A DNA stretch of 64,000 nucleotides. Source: a virus. The position numbers and the translations under genes were made by a program. Below, in pieces: positions 37,289 through 47,670 of this stretch (positions are counted from its first letter, which is position 1; every line of letters starts with the position of its first letter). The DNA lies in IMG/VR virus record IMGVR_UViG_3300034684_000096, positions 1 through 64,000 of that record; one strand, given 5' to 3'. The notes beneath the pieces are model-generated. The model was not told where the DNA came from and did no database searches. It was given only the letters and a program-made list of their open reading frames with translations.

Positions 37289-37489
37289 CTAATTTACTCC
37301 TAAATAATCTACCAGTACTCCCCAAGACATGCCCATAGGGATTGTCTTGAACCCACACTGGTCTAACTGGCCACTAATCCATTCTGCTACTTGTTCATTT
37401 GTCTTATCTTTGAAAGAATCAGAATTGTTAGCTATTACAATACCAATCTCAAAACAAAGGTCTACCAATGCTTGTTCTCTCGTTCTCAT
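37289..37489 (-). CDS. hypothetical protein
   Basis: AAGGAG RBS. Confidence 0.65.
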   Translation of the reverse strand: MRTREQALVDLCFEIGIVIANNSDSFKDKTNEQVAEWISGQLDQCGFKTIPMGMSWGVLVDYLGVN

Positions 37490-37501
37490 ACTGTTGCTCC
37501 T

Positions 37502-37915
37502 TTAATCCCACCATGTAAGACTATGCTTTTTTATTATGTTTGTCAATAGCTCCAGATGAAATTTGTAACTATTTTCTGTAAATTCACGTAGTCGTTTATA
37601 ATCCTTATCATCAGTATCCAAATAATCTGGACCAAATACCACAATGTGTGCATTATCTTCAATATACCCATTAGATAATCGTTCACACACTTCAGAAGCA
37701 ATCAGCATCTCTCTAGCGGTTTTCTCGCTACGCATTAACGTACCATTCTTTTTGTGTTCTAAAGACGAATTATATAACCAGTTACCCATAAGTTCAAAAA
37801 AGAAGGTAAAGTCATACCATGGATATGCTTTCTTCATTACAAATAAGAAGATATGTTGCCATATCTTCCTTTTCATATTTTCTTTCCAAAATACATATTT
37901 CATATTAGCCCTCAA
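37502..37915 (-). CDS. hypothetical protein
   Basis: C-terminal WWD motif common in phage proteins. Confidence 0.65.
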   Translation of the reverse strand: MRANMKYVFWKENMKRKIWQHIFLFVMKKAYPWYDFTFFFELMGNWLYNSSLEHKKNGTLMRSEKTAREMLIASEVCERLSNGYIEDNAHIVVFGPDYLDTDDKDYKRLREFTENSYKFHLELLTNIIKKHSLTWWD

Positions 37916-38072
37916 ACAGATGGTAAAAATCCCTTTTTGTAATTTTCATCCACCATACTGCTACACTAGATGGTTCAGTACCGTCCTTATCATATTCGTA
38001 CTTCTCCGTATAGCTAAATAACTCTATCCACGACAGCCCTAACAGTAATGCAATAATTATAATTACCCACAT
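37905..38072 (-). CDS. small membrane protein (not in ORF track)
   Basis: 55 aa, MWVIIIIALLLGLSW. Confidence 0.5.
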   Translation of the reverse strand: MWVIIIIALLLGLSWIELFSYTEKYEYDKDGTEPSSVAVWWMKITKRDFYHLFEG

Positions 38073-38073
38073 A

Positions 38074-38532
38074 TTAGTTTATCTTTATCCCAAAAGGACG
38101 TGTATCTCCATATTCTCCGAGACAAAGTGTTTTAAATGCTTCAGAATATGAGAGGAAGCGATAATCCTTGGATTGTCCACTCATTGCCTCTGGATATCTA
38201 ACCATTACACCAGTCTTATAAATGCCACAATAACCCAAGCTTCTACCAGTCTTCTTGTCATATACTTTTTGACCAATGACAGTCAAAGCTTCAACTGCTG
38301 TTTTAAAAGGCCTGTAAGCTGGTGTTGGTTCAACAACACAAAGATATTTATTAAAATACACAGGTACTTTATATTCACCTGTATTACTGCAATATTCTTT
38401 TACTGCTGGTTCAGTATTAGTACTAATAAAACATTTAGTCCTATCTTTTGCTGTACCTAAATAATACCTTTCTTTCCATGTCTTTCTATCATCACTTACC
38501 CAAACTTTTGTACCAAATGCTATATATTCCAT
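38074..38532 (-). CDS. hypothetical protein (YRPF...PFG module)
   Basis: Own promoter and RBS; shares C-terminal module with 39736-40401. Confidence 0.7.
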   Translation of the reverse strand: MEYIAFGTKVWVSDDRKTWKERYYLGTAKDRTKCFISTNTEPAVKEYCSNTGEYKVPVYFNKYLCVVEPTPAYRPFKTAVEALTVIGQKVYDKKTGRSLGYCGIYKTGVMVRYPEAMSGQSKDYRFLSYSEAFKTLCLGEYGDTRPFGIKIN

Positions 38533-38622
38533 GTATTCCTTCCTTATGTTTTAATTCTACCACACCATTACTTATTTGTCAAGTATATACGAGAAAAAAG
38601 TTTCCATTATCAACTACATTAT

Positions 38623-38916
38623 TCATTCTTCCCCTCCCATGATTACTGCTTGGTCATAACCTGCTTCATATCCTTCTTTATAACCTTCCCCGTATCCCTC
38701 GTCGTAAGAAGTCTGTGAAGTATCTTCACATCCTTCCTCATAACCATCTCCATAACCTTCATGGTATCTATCATCTAATCCAACATCTAAGTTGTCTTCA
38801 ATCTCCCTAGCCAATTTTCGCAGAATAGCCCTAATATCGATTTCTGCCAATGCTTCATTACCTTTTGTATTATTCATACAATCCAGAATTTCTGCTACAT
38901 AATTTGCTACATTCAT
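38623..38916 (-). CDS. hypothetical protein with GYxEG repeats
   Basis: EGYGDGYEEG...EGYGEGYKEGYEAGY. Confidence 0.7.
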   Translation of the reverse strand: MNVANYVAEILDCMNNTKGNEALAEIDIRAILRKLAREIEDNLDVGLDDRYHEGYGDGYEEGCEDTSQTSYDEGYGEGYKEGYEAGYDQAVIMGGEE

Positions 38917-38926
38917 TTCTTACTCC

Positions 38927-39304
38927 TTATACTTTCGTAAGTAATACACTCTGTATATTACGTTCTTGAAGCACACCGTTTTTATCAAAATATGTTACCT
39001 GTACATAACCAGTTACTATAGTGTCTGGAACATTCCAGCTTACAGTCATGTATGTTGCACTTTCTGGTACATACTTGTCACTCTTTAATACTACTACATC
39101 TCCTACAGCAAATGAATTATCATTTCTATTGGTTTTTGTAATATCTACTTCTACACAATCAAATATACTAATAAGTCGCAACCTATCCTCTACTAATTCA
39201 TATTGGTTTTCATGTCTTTCACATGGTTTTACCTCATATACTTTTCCAATCTTATCACTGTACCAATATGATGGTAATTTACTTTTAATTATTCTTACGT
39301 ACAT
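38927..39304 (-). CDS. hypothetical protein with YodC/DUF2158-like C-terminus
   Basis: FAVGDVVVLKS...MTV. Confidence 0.65.
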   Translation of the reverse strand: MYVRIIKSKLPSYWYSDKIGKVYEVKPCERHENQYELVEDRLRLISIFDCVEVDITKTNRNDNSFAVGDVVVLKSDKYVPESATYMTVSWNVPDTIVTGYVQVTYFDKNGVLQERNIQSVLLTKV

Positions 39305-39307
39305 TGT

Positions 39308-39556
39308 TTACCTCTCACTCCATGTAATAGTCAGATGTTTAAATTCTGTATGACCAGCCATATACCCAGCATCTCTTAGCTCATCAATAAGAGAAAGTAC
39401 TATATCTTTAGGCCAATCAACAATATTCAATCGTGTACGTCCATATAGCACACAACTTTCTATAGTAGTAATAATTTTTTCCTTACATGCGTTATATGTA
39501 TATTCTCTCATTTTCTCCGCACTAAGAAACGTTTTTTCTTCTGCATTAAATTCCAT
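39308..39556 (-). CDS. hypothetical protein
   Basis: AGGAG RBS. Confidence 0.65.
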   Translation of the reverse strand: MEFNAEEKTFLSAEKMREYTYNACKEKIITTIESCVLYGRTRLNIVDWPKDIVLSLIDELRDAGYMAGHTEFKHLTITWSER

Positions 39557-39559
39557 AAC

Positions 39560-39736
39560 TTAACTCCTAAATATTGTATAAAACGTATCGAATATCCATG
39601 CGATACTATAGCCAATCAACACACTAATAAGTGTAACCAAAGATTCTAATGGAAAGTACCATGCTATAGTAATTAATCCACCGAATAATAAAACTACTAG
39701 TAATGTAGCCAGTACTGCTTTAATTACTGCTCCCAT
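39560..39736 (-). CDS. small membrane protein (not in ORF track)
   Basis: 58 aa, two hydrophobic helices, GGAGG RBS. Confidence 0.55.
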   Translation of the reverse strand: MGAVIKAVLATLLVVLLFGGLITIAWYFPLESLVTLISVLIGYSIAWIFDTFYTIFRS

Positions 39737-40401
39737 TATACTTCCTCCTTTATACCAAATGGTACTTCTTTCTCAAAATGATATCTTTCAAAAGCTGTAT
39801 CCCAATCCATAATTTCTTGGTCTATGATAATACCTTCTTCAGTGTACCCTTCATGCTTGAATGTTATGCCATTATAACAAATCCACTCATCTCTGTACGG
39901 TTTAAACTCTTCTGCATTCTTGAAAGCTCTGTATGGGTTATTAATGACTTCGAGCACTGTGAATGGGCATCTCCAATTTCCTACAGGTACTTCGACAATA
40001 ATACAATCATAATAAATACCAGTTACTCGCCCAATTTCCCCAACAATTTTTTTCTTCCCAACATTTTCTGTCCCAAAAATACAGTTTGAACCGTCTTCCT
40101 TAGGTGTAAAATCTCTCGTTACTCGTACTTTTGTACCTATGCATACCTTGTTCTTCACCACCCATTCCGTTTGACGTTCCTTGTATGTTGGTTCTGGTGC
40201 AGGGTAGAAATACCTATAACAGCTATTTTCTATTTTGAATGGATAATCAATTGCACTCTTGTCTCGTGTAACTAACTGTGGTTTTTCCTTTCTGACACTA
40301 TCCTCTAACCACTCCACATCATCATCTGCCCAACCAAGTTGTTCGCCTACAAATTGGTCTACGGTAATCGGGGTCAAAATTTTGTTCTTGTCAAATTTCA
40401 T
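39736..40401 (-). CDS. hypothetical protein (YRxF...PFG module)
   Basis: AAGGAG RBS; YRAFKNAEEF...PFG. Confidence 0.7.
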   Translation of the reverse strand: MKFDKNKILTPITVDQFVGEQLGWADDDVEWLEDSVRKEKPQLVTRDKSAIDYPFKIENSCYRYFYPAPEPTYKERQTEWVVKNKVCIGTKVRVTRDFTPKEDGSNCIFGTENVGKKKIVGEIGRVTGIYYDCIIVEVPVGNWRCPFTVLEVINNPYRAFKNAEEFKPYRDEWICYNGITFKHEGYTEEGIIIDQEIMDWDTAFERYHFEKEVPFGIKEEV

Positions 40402-40414
40402 TTTTAATTCTCCT

Positions 40415-41587
40415 TTACTCTGACGCCTTGTAATTCCATACAGGCTTTAACACTTCTACTACCTCTACCGTAGGACCAATCTGACTCAGAATAGCTTCCG
40501 GTGCTTTATAAGCAAAAGGTGCTTCATCGATAGTCAATTCACTAATACAAGTAGTATGGATACCTTCCATACTTCTTTTAAAATCTTCTAGAGAAATATT
40601 CTCTTTTGCTTGTGTCCTTGACATTACCCTACCAGCACCATGAGGAGCAGAGTAATTCCATTCTTCATTGCCTTTTCCTATTCCTATAATCATTCCATCT
40701 CTCATGTTCAATGGGATAACTACTTTCTCTCCCTCATATGCACTAATTGCTCCTTTCCTCAATATCATACTCTTCTGCTCAATGTAATTATGGGTAGAGG
40801 AAATATATTCAGTGTAATTAGCGCCACCTAATTCATGTAGAATATTATTAATAATCATGCATCGATTGATATGAGCAAACGCCGTTGCTACTTCAACACA
40901 AAAGATGTATTCCAACATATCCCTACCAGTTAAGTACTCTAACCCATTGGCTATTTCAATCTTTGGTAATTCAGCAATCTTCTTCCCTAACTCATAGCTC
41001 GTGTACTGTTCTTTCAACTTAGCAATTGCATCATTTCTCTCTTTCTTATGGTTAGTACGCTTAGCAATGTTCTGGAAATGCTTAGCAATCTTACCCCCAA
41101 AACTACGGGAACCAGTATGAACACATAGCCACTGATTACCTTCTTTATCCACATCTACCTCAACATAATGATTTCCTCCACCGAGTGTACCTAAGCCCCT
41201 AACCGCTTCCTCTGGACTCTGGTTAGTCATCTTACACACTTTATGAAAGGACATAGGAAGCTTATATTCAAGAGAAGGTCTGTAACCTGCATCAAATATT
41301 TTTTCAATAATCTCGTCCAATACATTTACGTCAATATTCTTCTCCAACTTTACAGCCAACACACCACACCCAATGTCTGGTCCAATAAGATTAGGTACCA
41401 CTTTTTTCGTAATCTTCATAGTATACCCAATTACACAATTAGCTCCAGCATGTACATCACTCATAATTCTTGTATGTGCATTTTCACTGATAGGCAAATC
41501 AACAATATGCTGTATTTGTTCCTTAGCAGTATCTTCAATTTCAGATGCAAAAATTACTGCTGTATCATACTTTCCTTCTATAATCAT
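40415..41587 (-). CDS. rtcB: RtcB-family RNA ligase
   Basis: MSDVHAG, G.DIGCG, LGTLGGGNHY, HTGSR, HN, RKGA, SAPHGAGR, DEAP.AYK. Confidence 0.95.
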   Translation of the reverse strand: MIIEGKYDTAVIFASEIEDTAKEQIQHIVDLPISENAHTRIMSDVHAGANCVIGYTMKITKKVVPNLIGPDIGCGVLAVKLEKNIDVNVLDEIIEKIFDAGYRPSLEYKLPMSFHKVCKMTNQSPEEAVRGLGTLGGGNHYVEVDVDKEGNQWLCVHTGSRSFGGKIAKHFQNIAKRTNHKKERNDAIAKLKEQYTSYELGKKIAELPKIEIANGLEYLTGRDMLEYIFCVEVATAFAHINRCMIINNILHELGGANYTEYISSTHNYIEQKSMILRKGAISAYEGEKVVIPLNMRDGMIIGIGKGNEEWNYSAPHGAGRVMSRTQAKENISLEDFKRSMEGIHTTCISELTIDEAPFAYKAPEAILSQIGPTVEVVEVLKPVWNYKASE

Positions 41588-41645
41588 CTTAATCTCCTTT
41601 ATCTAAATACAGTATATCATCTACTAATAATTTTGTCAATAGCTT

Positions 41646-41900
41646 TTATTCATCTTTTACATCATCTAATGTAATAACCAATTCATCATATGATGCATCT
41701 TCTACTTCTTCATCGGATAGTTCATCAATCAAGTCAAAAGAAACATCCCAATCATCGGCTGAACTAATGAGTGCATCAAAATCATATTTCCGCTCGTTCG
41801 TTGCCTTCTCAGCTATTGCCATTGCTTTCTCTTCATCTTCCGCCTGTACAATAATACTTGCATATTCATGAAGTACAACTCCTACTCTATAGTTTTTCAT
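41646..41900 (-). CDS. acidic hypothetical protein
   Basis: GGAGAGG RBS. Confidence 0.65.
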   Translation of the reverse strand: MKNYRVGVVLHEYASIIVQAEDEEKAMAIAEKATNERKYDFDALISSADDWDVSFDLIDELSDEEVEDASYDELVITLDDVKDE

Positions 41901-42184
41901 TCTTCCTCTCCTAACAATTCATTAAGTGTAAACTTATTTTTATTATCGACAGAATATGAAACTTCTCGTTCGAACCTTTCTTTCTCCGCTTCACTTACAT
42001 CTGACTTAATTGAGTGCAACACACGTGCTTCCTGCTCGATAGTATCAAGGGCAAACTCATATAAAAGCCCTTCAGAAAAAGCATCATCTACAGCATTCTC
42101 AATCTCAATCTTATCTGCGGTATCCTCGCTTTCTACCAATACTGTCATAGCCTGTGTAATTACTACATCTACTAATGTTTTCAT
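41897..42184 (-). CDS. acidic hypothetical protein
   Basis: Own promoter (TTGACA 42228-42233) and AAGGAG RBS. Confidence 0.65.
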   Translation of the reverse strand: MKTLVDVVITQAMTVLVESEDTADKIEIENAVDDAFSEGLLYEFALDTIEQEARVLHSIKSDVSEAEKERFEREVSYSVDNKNKFTLNELLGEEE

Positions 42185-42238
42185 TTTTTTCTCCTTACAC
42201 CCATAGTATATCATGTACTATGGGTGTTGTCAATAGTG

Positions 42239-42478
42239 TTAATCTACAAATTCCAAATCTTTTGCCGTCAGTCTTTCTACAGGAAGGCTACACTTTTCCC
42301 CCCAATAGATAGTTCCCGTACCATCTAATGCAATGTAGAGCTTATCTCCAGCAATCAATCTCACAGCATACACAACCATACCTTCATAGATACTATCATT
42401 TTGTATTACCCCATATTCTCCGATATTCAACTCATACATGGGAATAAACTCATTTTTGTCTTTACATCTAGCTCTCAT
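42239..42478 (-). CDS. hypothetical protein
   Basis: AAGGAG RBS before MRARCKD. Confidence 0.6.
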   Translation of the reverse strand: MRARCKDKNEFIPMYELNIGEYGVIQNDSIYEGMVVYAVRLIAGDKLYIALDGTGTIYWGEKCSLPVERLTAKDLEFVD

Positions 42479-42479
42479 A

Positions 42480-43586
42480 TTACAACGTCTCCTTATTTCC
42501 AGCAAACCATAGCTGGTAACTTCTACTCTTAGCTTTAAAACCAATACTCTGGTCAGTCATACTTCTCCACACCAAGCCTTCCCTAGGCACATCAGCCAAT
42601 ACACTTGTACCTTCGCAATCTTTCAATACTTCATCCAATGTATCAGGCAAGGTAACTCCTGTACCTACAAGCGGTACCATTAAAAGGTCGTGCTTAAAAC
42701 AGAATTGTTGCAACTCATTGAAATTAAATGCTTCCCCTGTATCAACATCTGTGACCTTATAGACAAACAACATAGGCATCTTCAACCCATAAATATTCTT
42801 CTGAACATCTGGACCGCAAACCTCACCCTGTATACAAAGATTACGTTTTTCGCTCCTAAGAATTCTCTCAAGTCCGTATATCTTACCGACTCTAGCCCAT
42901 AGGTTATTGTCGTTAGAATTACGAATTACATTGTGAGAAAACACTAGATACTTCCTTCGCTTTCCATAGAGTAGCCATGCTCCGGCACTTCCCTCACACT
43001 TTTCGGTCACATAAAAACGCTCATCTGGTCTCTGCTCTTTATATGCATTAAACAACTTCTCAATATTCGTTTCATCAGACTTCTGTACTGTTTCTGGGTA
43101 CTGCCTAATTTTCTTACCACGAATCTTTGCATACAGTTTTCTAAACCACTTGAACCGCATGAAAAACAGCATAATAGGGTTCTTATGTTTATTCTGAATC
43201 TGTTGCTTACCCTGTAGTTCCTCTGGGTCATATTTACGAATACCTAGTACCTCCGATACATCAGCACCCTCTTTAATTACAAAGTCTTCTGGAAGAATGT
43301 CCAAATTGAATGCAATGCCCGAAGAGTACATCCCACACATTTTCATGTTTCTAATTCTGAACCCATCATACAGTTTAGAATATGAATTTTTTCTTAAAAA
43401 CTCAAACTCTGGTTTAACAGGAAGCAAGGTGTCGTAAAAAATATAAACACACAAATCTCCTTCTTTAAACTGGTCTTTCTGTACAATAACCGGATAGTTT
43501 TCAATCGTTGCTTTCACAACCCTATCATACTTTGGAATAGGTTCAATCTTCTGAACCTTTGCTATAATTGCTAAATCTCTTGCCAT
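42480..43586 (-). CDS. ATP-dependent RNA ligase, Rnl2/DRB0094-like
   Basis: N-terminal OB-like domain; K.DE.NI, TEKCEGS (motif I), IQGE, REGLV, FK. Confidence 0.88.
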   Translation of the reverse strand: MARDLAIIAKVQKIEPIPKYDRVVKATIENYPVIVQKDQFKEGDLCVYIFYDTLLPVKPEFEFLRKNSYSKLYDGFRIRNMKMCGMYSSGIAFNLDILPEDFVIKEGADVSEVLGIRKYDPEELQGKQQIQNKHKNPIMLFFMRFKWFRKLYAKIRGKKIRQYPETVQKSDETNIEKLFNAYKEQRPDERFYVTEKCEGSAGAWLLYGKRRKYLVFSHNVIRNSNDNNLWARVGKIYGLERILRSEKRNLCIQGEVCGPDVQKNIYGLKMPMLFVYKVTDVDTGEAFNFNELQQFCFKHDLLMVPLVGTGVTLPDTLDEVLKDCEGTSVLADVPREGLVWRSMTDQSIGFKAKSRSYQLWFAGNKETL

Positions 43587-43662
43587 TGTATTACCTCTAT
43601 TATTTGTTTTATGAAATACGACTCAATATTTATAAAAATTCTTCACGTACATGCTACTTTTA

Positions 43663-43908
43663 TTAAATAATATTTCCACGAACGTCAATTTTCTTTCCTG
43701 TCTTTAGTGCTTCATATATCTCACCAATGCGCTCTGGTTTTGCAACAATATTATAGCAACGCTCAATGTGTTTATTTTTATTACTTCTTTCATACAAGCT
43801 ATGGTCACTTACTCTATATCTTCTACCCCTTATGGTAAAATAAAATGAGTTATTACATTTATTAATACGATTCTCCCAACAAAATTGTTCAATATCATAT
43901 TCATCCAT
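43663..43908 (-). CDS. hypothetical protein
   Basis: SFYFTI.G..YRVSDH motif. Confidence 0.65.
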   Translation of the reverse strand: MDEYDIEQFCWENRINKCNNSFYFTIRGRRYRVSDHSLYERSNKNKHIERCYNIVAKPERIGEIYEALKTGKKIDVRGNII

Positions 43909-43912
43909 TATT

Positions 43913-44128
43913 CTACAACTCCTCTGCCTTCTTCCTACTTATTTCATACTCATGTTTTTTATATTCTTCATGAAATGATTTATATGCATCTAATGATTCA
44001 CATGCATAGTCACCAGTTACTTTGCATCTATTACATTCACATCTATACCTAGGTATACCAAATCTTGTGTAGTCCCTACATAAGAATATCTTTCCTCCAC
44101 ACTTACACAACTCAATATATTTTCTCAT
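43913..44128 (-). CDS. small zinc-binding (Lar-like) protein
   Basis: CKCGG...CNRC. Confidence 0.6.
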   Translation of the reverse strand: MRKYIELCKCGGKIFLCRDYTRFGIPRYRCECNRCKVTGDYACESLDAYKSFHEEYKKHEYEISRKKAEEL

Positions 44129-44131
44129 AAT

Positions 44132-44359
44132 TTACCCCCATGAAGAAAATATCAAATTGACGTACAAAATATTCCCACAAATGATAATTAGCAAAAGTCC
44201 TACGGTAATTAATGTTGCAGTCAAAGTAAATCTTCGTACAAATTTTTTAATAGCATAGGTATCACTACGCTTACTTTCTTCATATACTTTTTGTATAAAA
44301 CCAATATACCAAGTAGAAAACACAAGAAGCAAAATTCCTAATACTAAACCAAATAGCAT
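44132..44359 (-). CDS. small membrane protein
   Basis: Two hydrophobic helices. Confidence 0.6.
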   Translation of the reverse strand: MLFGLVLGILLLVFSTWYIGFIQKVYEESKRSDTYAIKKFVRRFTLTATLITVGLLLIIICGNILYVNLIFSSWG

Positions 44360-44418
44360 ATATATCCCTCACATTAGGTACAGGCGTTTATTTTACACCT
44401 GTACCTTAGTACAAACAC

Positions 44419-44994
44419 TTAATTAAACACTTTTCCTAGTGGGTCACCGTACTTATCAACAAAGTAATACATACAATGTTCTGTGTTGTTAAATTGCAAC
44501 ATTTTATCAGCACCATCATTTCTTACAAAAGCCAAAGTAAATCCATTAATAGTATTAGCAAATGCAAGTCTATACTCTTCATCATCCAACCCATAAACTG
44601 GTGTGTTGAAATATTCTTTTACAAATTCTTCAATAGTATATGGGTGATATAGTGTTGCTGGTGCAAGAGTAAATGAATCTGGTTCAAATCCTTGCTTTAG
44701 CAATACCTTTGCTACCTTATTAATTTCAGTCAACATGAGTAATGTGGTATTACTAAACATGTTTCCATAATCCAAACTCGTAGATACCTCATTCGCAAGA
44801 AATGCATCAGCTCTCTTTTCTGCAATTTCACGACCTGTTTTTCTACTAAATCGTTTAAAATCTTGCGCAGAAAGTGTACTCCACCCTACTACATACCTAT
44901 TTGTTCCTTCTCTGAGTTTAAAGCACAGAGACCCGACCCACTGCCCATGATACTTCACATGTACAAATACTTTTCCATCTTTGTCAAATTTCAT
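44419..44994 (-). CDS. hypothetical protein
   Basis: D.F.RKTGREIA..RA motif; C-terminal YHPY...PLG module. Confidence 0.7.
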   Translation of the reverse strand: MKFDKDGKVFVHVKYHGQWVGSLCFKLREGTNRYVVGWSTLSAQDFKRFSRKTGREIAEKRADAFLANEVSTSLDYGNMFSNTTLLMLTEINKVAKVLLKQGFEPDSFTLAPATLYHPYTIEEFVKEYFNTPVYGLDDEEYRLAFANTINGFTLAFVRNDGADKMLQFNNTEHCMYYFVDKYGDPLGKVFN

Positions 44995-44998
44995 TTAC

Positions 44999-45520
44999 TT
45001 ACTCCTCATTCTCAAAATCATCTTCATTAAAACATTCTTCGAAACATTTGTCAAGCTCTGATTCATCAATACTCAACGCTTTTACAATCTTTTTCACTTG
45101 ATTCAAATCACTTTCTGTTGCCTTCTCGTACCCTTGTCTAAAGATATATGCTGTATACCTACATTCGTCAATGTATTCCCCACTATCAATATCCAGAACT
45201 AAGTCTTTTGTGTAATCAATTGGTTGCCCGTAGCTATCAATATATTCTATAGCCTTAATCCTTATTACATCTAGATTTACTTCTTCCCCTTTAATAGTAA
45301 ATGGAGCTTTAAACAAGGTGACTTCCCAGTTCTCTGGCTCAACTGAACAAATCAGTGAAAGTTTACCAACCACTTCATGCAACTCTTTTGTCTCATAACT
45401 ACTAGAGTTAAACAAAGGACTAGTCTTTACTTTCCTTCTATGTCGTTCGATAACCCCAATTTCATTCTCGGTATCCTCAATAAAGTAGATATCCATGTGC
45501 CCATTAATCAGATACTGCAT
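44999..45520 (-). CDS. hypothetical protein
   Basis: GAGG RBS, operon packing. Confidence 0.65.
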   Translation of the reverse strand: MQYLINGHMDIYFIEDTENEIGVIERHRRKVKTSPLFNSSSYETKELHEVVGKLSLICSVEPENWEVTLFKAPFTIKGEEVNLDVIRIKAIEYIDSYGQPIDYTKDLVLDIDSGEYIDECRYTAYIFRQGYEKATESDLNQVKKIVKALSIDESELDKCFEECFNEDDFENEE

Positions 45521-45523
45521 AAT

Positions 45524-46000
45524 TTACACCTCTTCTTCAGTAGTTTCTTCAACTTCTGGTTCTTCACCATTCATTTTTGCTAACGTTTCTAAATCCCACA
45601 CATCTCCCTCCTTCATTAAATCACCAAGAAACCTTGGTTGCAATGACTTTACTTCCAGTACTTCAAATTTCCAAAAAGCCTCAAGAATGAACAAGTCAAT
45701 TATTCCCTGTTCCCACTGGCTAATTGCTTTCTCATATAGTTTACCGAATACATCAGTAACTATAGTTGAAGCATACCACTGATTCTTCTTTTTGTCAATA
45801 GTTACTGTGTCTTTAAAACCAAATAAATCCAAATCATAAAGTATTGACTCAAAAGCTTTAGCCGAAGTATTTTTAGGGACCGAATCAAAGGTATGGTGTT
45901 CAATCAGTTCTCCTTTCTTGAGATTATCAATATCCTTCCCTAGTGCCTTGTACCCATAGAGATTTAGCACACATCTATATTGTTTCTTCATTCGCCCCAC
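45524..46000 (-). CDS. hypothetical protein
   Basis: Operon packing. Confidence 0.65.
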   Translation of the reverse strand: MGRMKKQYRCVLNLYGYKALGKDIDNLKKGELIEHHTFDSVPKNTSAKAFESILYDLDLFGFKDTVTIDKKKNQWYASTIVTDVFGKLYEKAISQWEQGIIDLFILEAFWKFEVLEVKSLQPRFLGDLMKEGDVWDLETLAKMNGEEPEVEETTEEEV

Positions 46001-46320
46001 TTCCTTGTTGATTCTTTTAGTTTGTACAGTCTTTTCTCTACGTCTGCTTTCCTTTCCCTAATTACGTCGTATTCTTCTTCTAATTCTTTAAGTTCAATAG
46101 GGAACTCTTTTACTTCACTGAACGTACTTACCATAAATTCTACTTGCTCAGTATATCCTTTAGCACTGCATCTAGCACAAAGGTATGGAAATGCTATTTC
46201 TTCCCCATGATACTTACACACTTTAGTGTCATCATAGGCGATAAACACCACTTCTTCCCAATCACTATCTTTTGCAATCCTAGCTAAAACTGGTTCGCCA
46301 AGTTTAAACTCACAACTCAT
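45988..46320 (-). CDS. hypothetical protein
   Basis: GAGG RBS before MSCEFKLG. Confidence 0.65.
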   Translation of the reverse strand: MSCEFKLGEPVLARIAKDSDWEEVVFIAYDDTKVCKYHGEEIAFPYLCARCSAKGYTEQVEFMVSTFSEVKEFPIELKELEEEYDVIRERKADVEKRLYKLKESTRKWGE

Positions 46321-46333
46321 ATTAATTACCTCT

Positions 46334-46516
46334 CTATTTTTCTTCAATAAATGTACCAGCATGGAATTTTATCACTTGTTCACGACTAGTGCCATTGGTC
46401 TTAGTACGAATATACGGAAACACCTCTTCTTCCCCGTGATTTATCTGTACTTTTATTCTACCACACGTAAAAGATGGGTTTTTATCTGACTGCCCTACTT
46501 TAAACTCACCGCTCAT
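46334..46516 (-). CDS. shortened paralog of the downstream gene
   Basis: MSGEFKVG / HGEEEVFPY versus MSCEFKLG / HGEEIAFPY; near-identical RBS region. Confidence 0.55.
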   Translation of the reverse strand: MSGEFKVGQSDKNPSFTCGRIKVQINHGEEEVFPYIRTKTNGTSREQVIKFHAGTFIEEK

Positions 46517-46630
46517 ATTGATTACCTCTCTATCTTACTCTCATTTGCATGAGGATTGTCTGTACTGTATCTTCTATATAAAGTTAATAAACTATTTAAC
46601 TTATTATAACAAATGCAGTACAGATTCATT

Positions 46631-47230
46631 TTACACTATTTCCCAGCTTACCAGAAAATCCTTCTCAACCTTTGATTTAATCCACAAAAACAATCCTTTC
46701 CCTACATACGGTTTTGTATGCATAGTACTGTATACTGGTATCTTATACCCATAGGGAATATCCCCAGTGAAGTTCAACCAGAAATTATACAATTTAAACT
46801 TCAAGTACTGCCCCCACTTTTCTACATTATTGGTAGGGAAATACCCACAGTAATGTATATACCAAGCCAACCTTTCATCATATTTAATAGGATACACAAC
46901 CTCTTTCATTGCTTCCTTCACTTGCCAATCTTGTATATCCTCAATAGGTCGGTCACTCCGGTACAACAACTGTGCTCTAGATGGTTTGAACTTATCGATA
47001 TTATTGAATGGCTGAGCAAACAACTGGAAATATCTCTTACCATCATCTTCTTCCACCATCCATAATCCAAACAGCCATCTCTTAAGACCCTTTACTTGAA
47101 AATGTATAACAGAATACTCGTCAAACGCGAAGACAAAATAGCTATTGTGAAAAACAATGTCTTTCATGACAAATTTATGATTTTTCATCATATCACAAAA
47201 CATGTCGAACAATTCTTTTCGTCTTTCCAT
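46631..47230 (-). CDS. hypothetical protein
   Basis: Own promoter; WLFGLW, IDKFKPSR motifs. Confidence 0.7.
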   Translation of the reverse strand: MERRKELFDMFCDMMKNHKFVMKDIVFHNSYFVFAFDEYSVIHFQVKGLKRWLFGLWMVEEDDGKRYFQLFAQPFNNIDKFKPSRAQLLYRSDRPIEDIQDWQVKEAMKEVVYPIKYDERLAWYIHYCGYFPTNNVEKWGQYLKFKLYNFWLNFTGDIPYGYKIPVYSTMHTKPYVGKGLFLWIKSKVEKDFLVSWEIV

Positions 47231-47283
47231 CTCTTATCTCCTTATATCTCCATTATACACCAGTGTTGTCTACTTGTCAAGAG

Positions 47284-47670
47284 TTATTCTTCAACTTTTT
47301 TAAAATCCAATGAAGGGATAAACCAATCGTCATCTATGATATGACCAATAGCATAGATTTTGTTCCAATCACTGTATATCCTCACTGTTTTACCCTTCAA
47401 ATCTTCCCATCTATCTACTCCTGCAATCTCCAATACTCGGTAAATAAAATGCCCAGCAAACGAATTTACATTATGGTAGGTATATTCTGGTGGTAGGTAT
47501 AATGACCATCCACCAAATGCTTGATAAAAGCCGTCCTCCACCTGTGTGCCAATGAAACACGAAAGTATTCCATGGTCCTCAATCTCCAGCATTACATTAT
47601 CGATAACTGCATTCTTAATAGTAGCTTTCTCAGTAACAGGCAAATCATTCTTTGTTGTCTTATATACCAT
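47284..47670 (-). CDS. conserved phage hypothetical protein
   Basis: EDHGIL, Q.FGG, GVDRWEDLKGK, IGHII.DDWF. Confidence 0.75.
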   Translation of the reverse strand: MVYKTTKNDLPVTEKATIKNAVIDNVMLEIEDHGILSCFIGTQVEDGFYQAFGGWSLYLPPEYTYHNVNSFAGHFIYRVLEIAGVDRWEDLKGKTVRIYSDWNKIYAIGHIIDDDWFIPSLDFKKVEE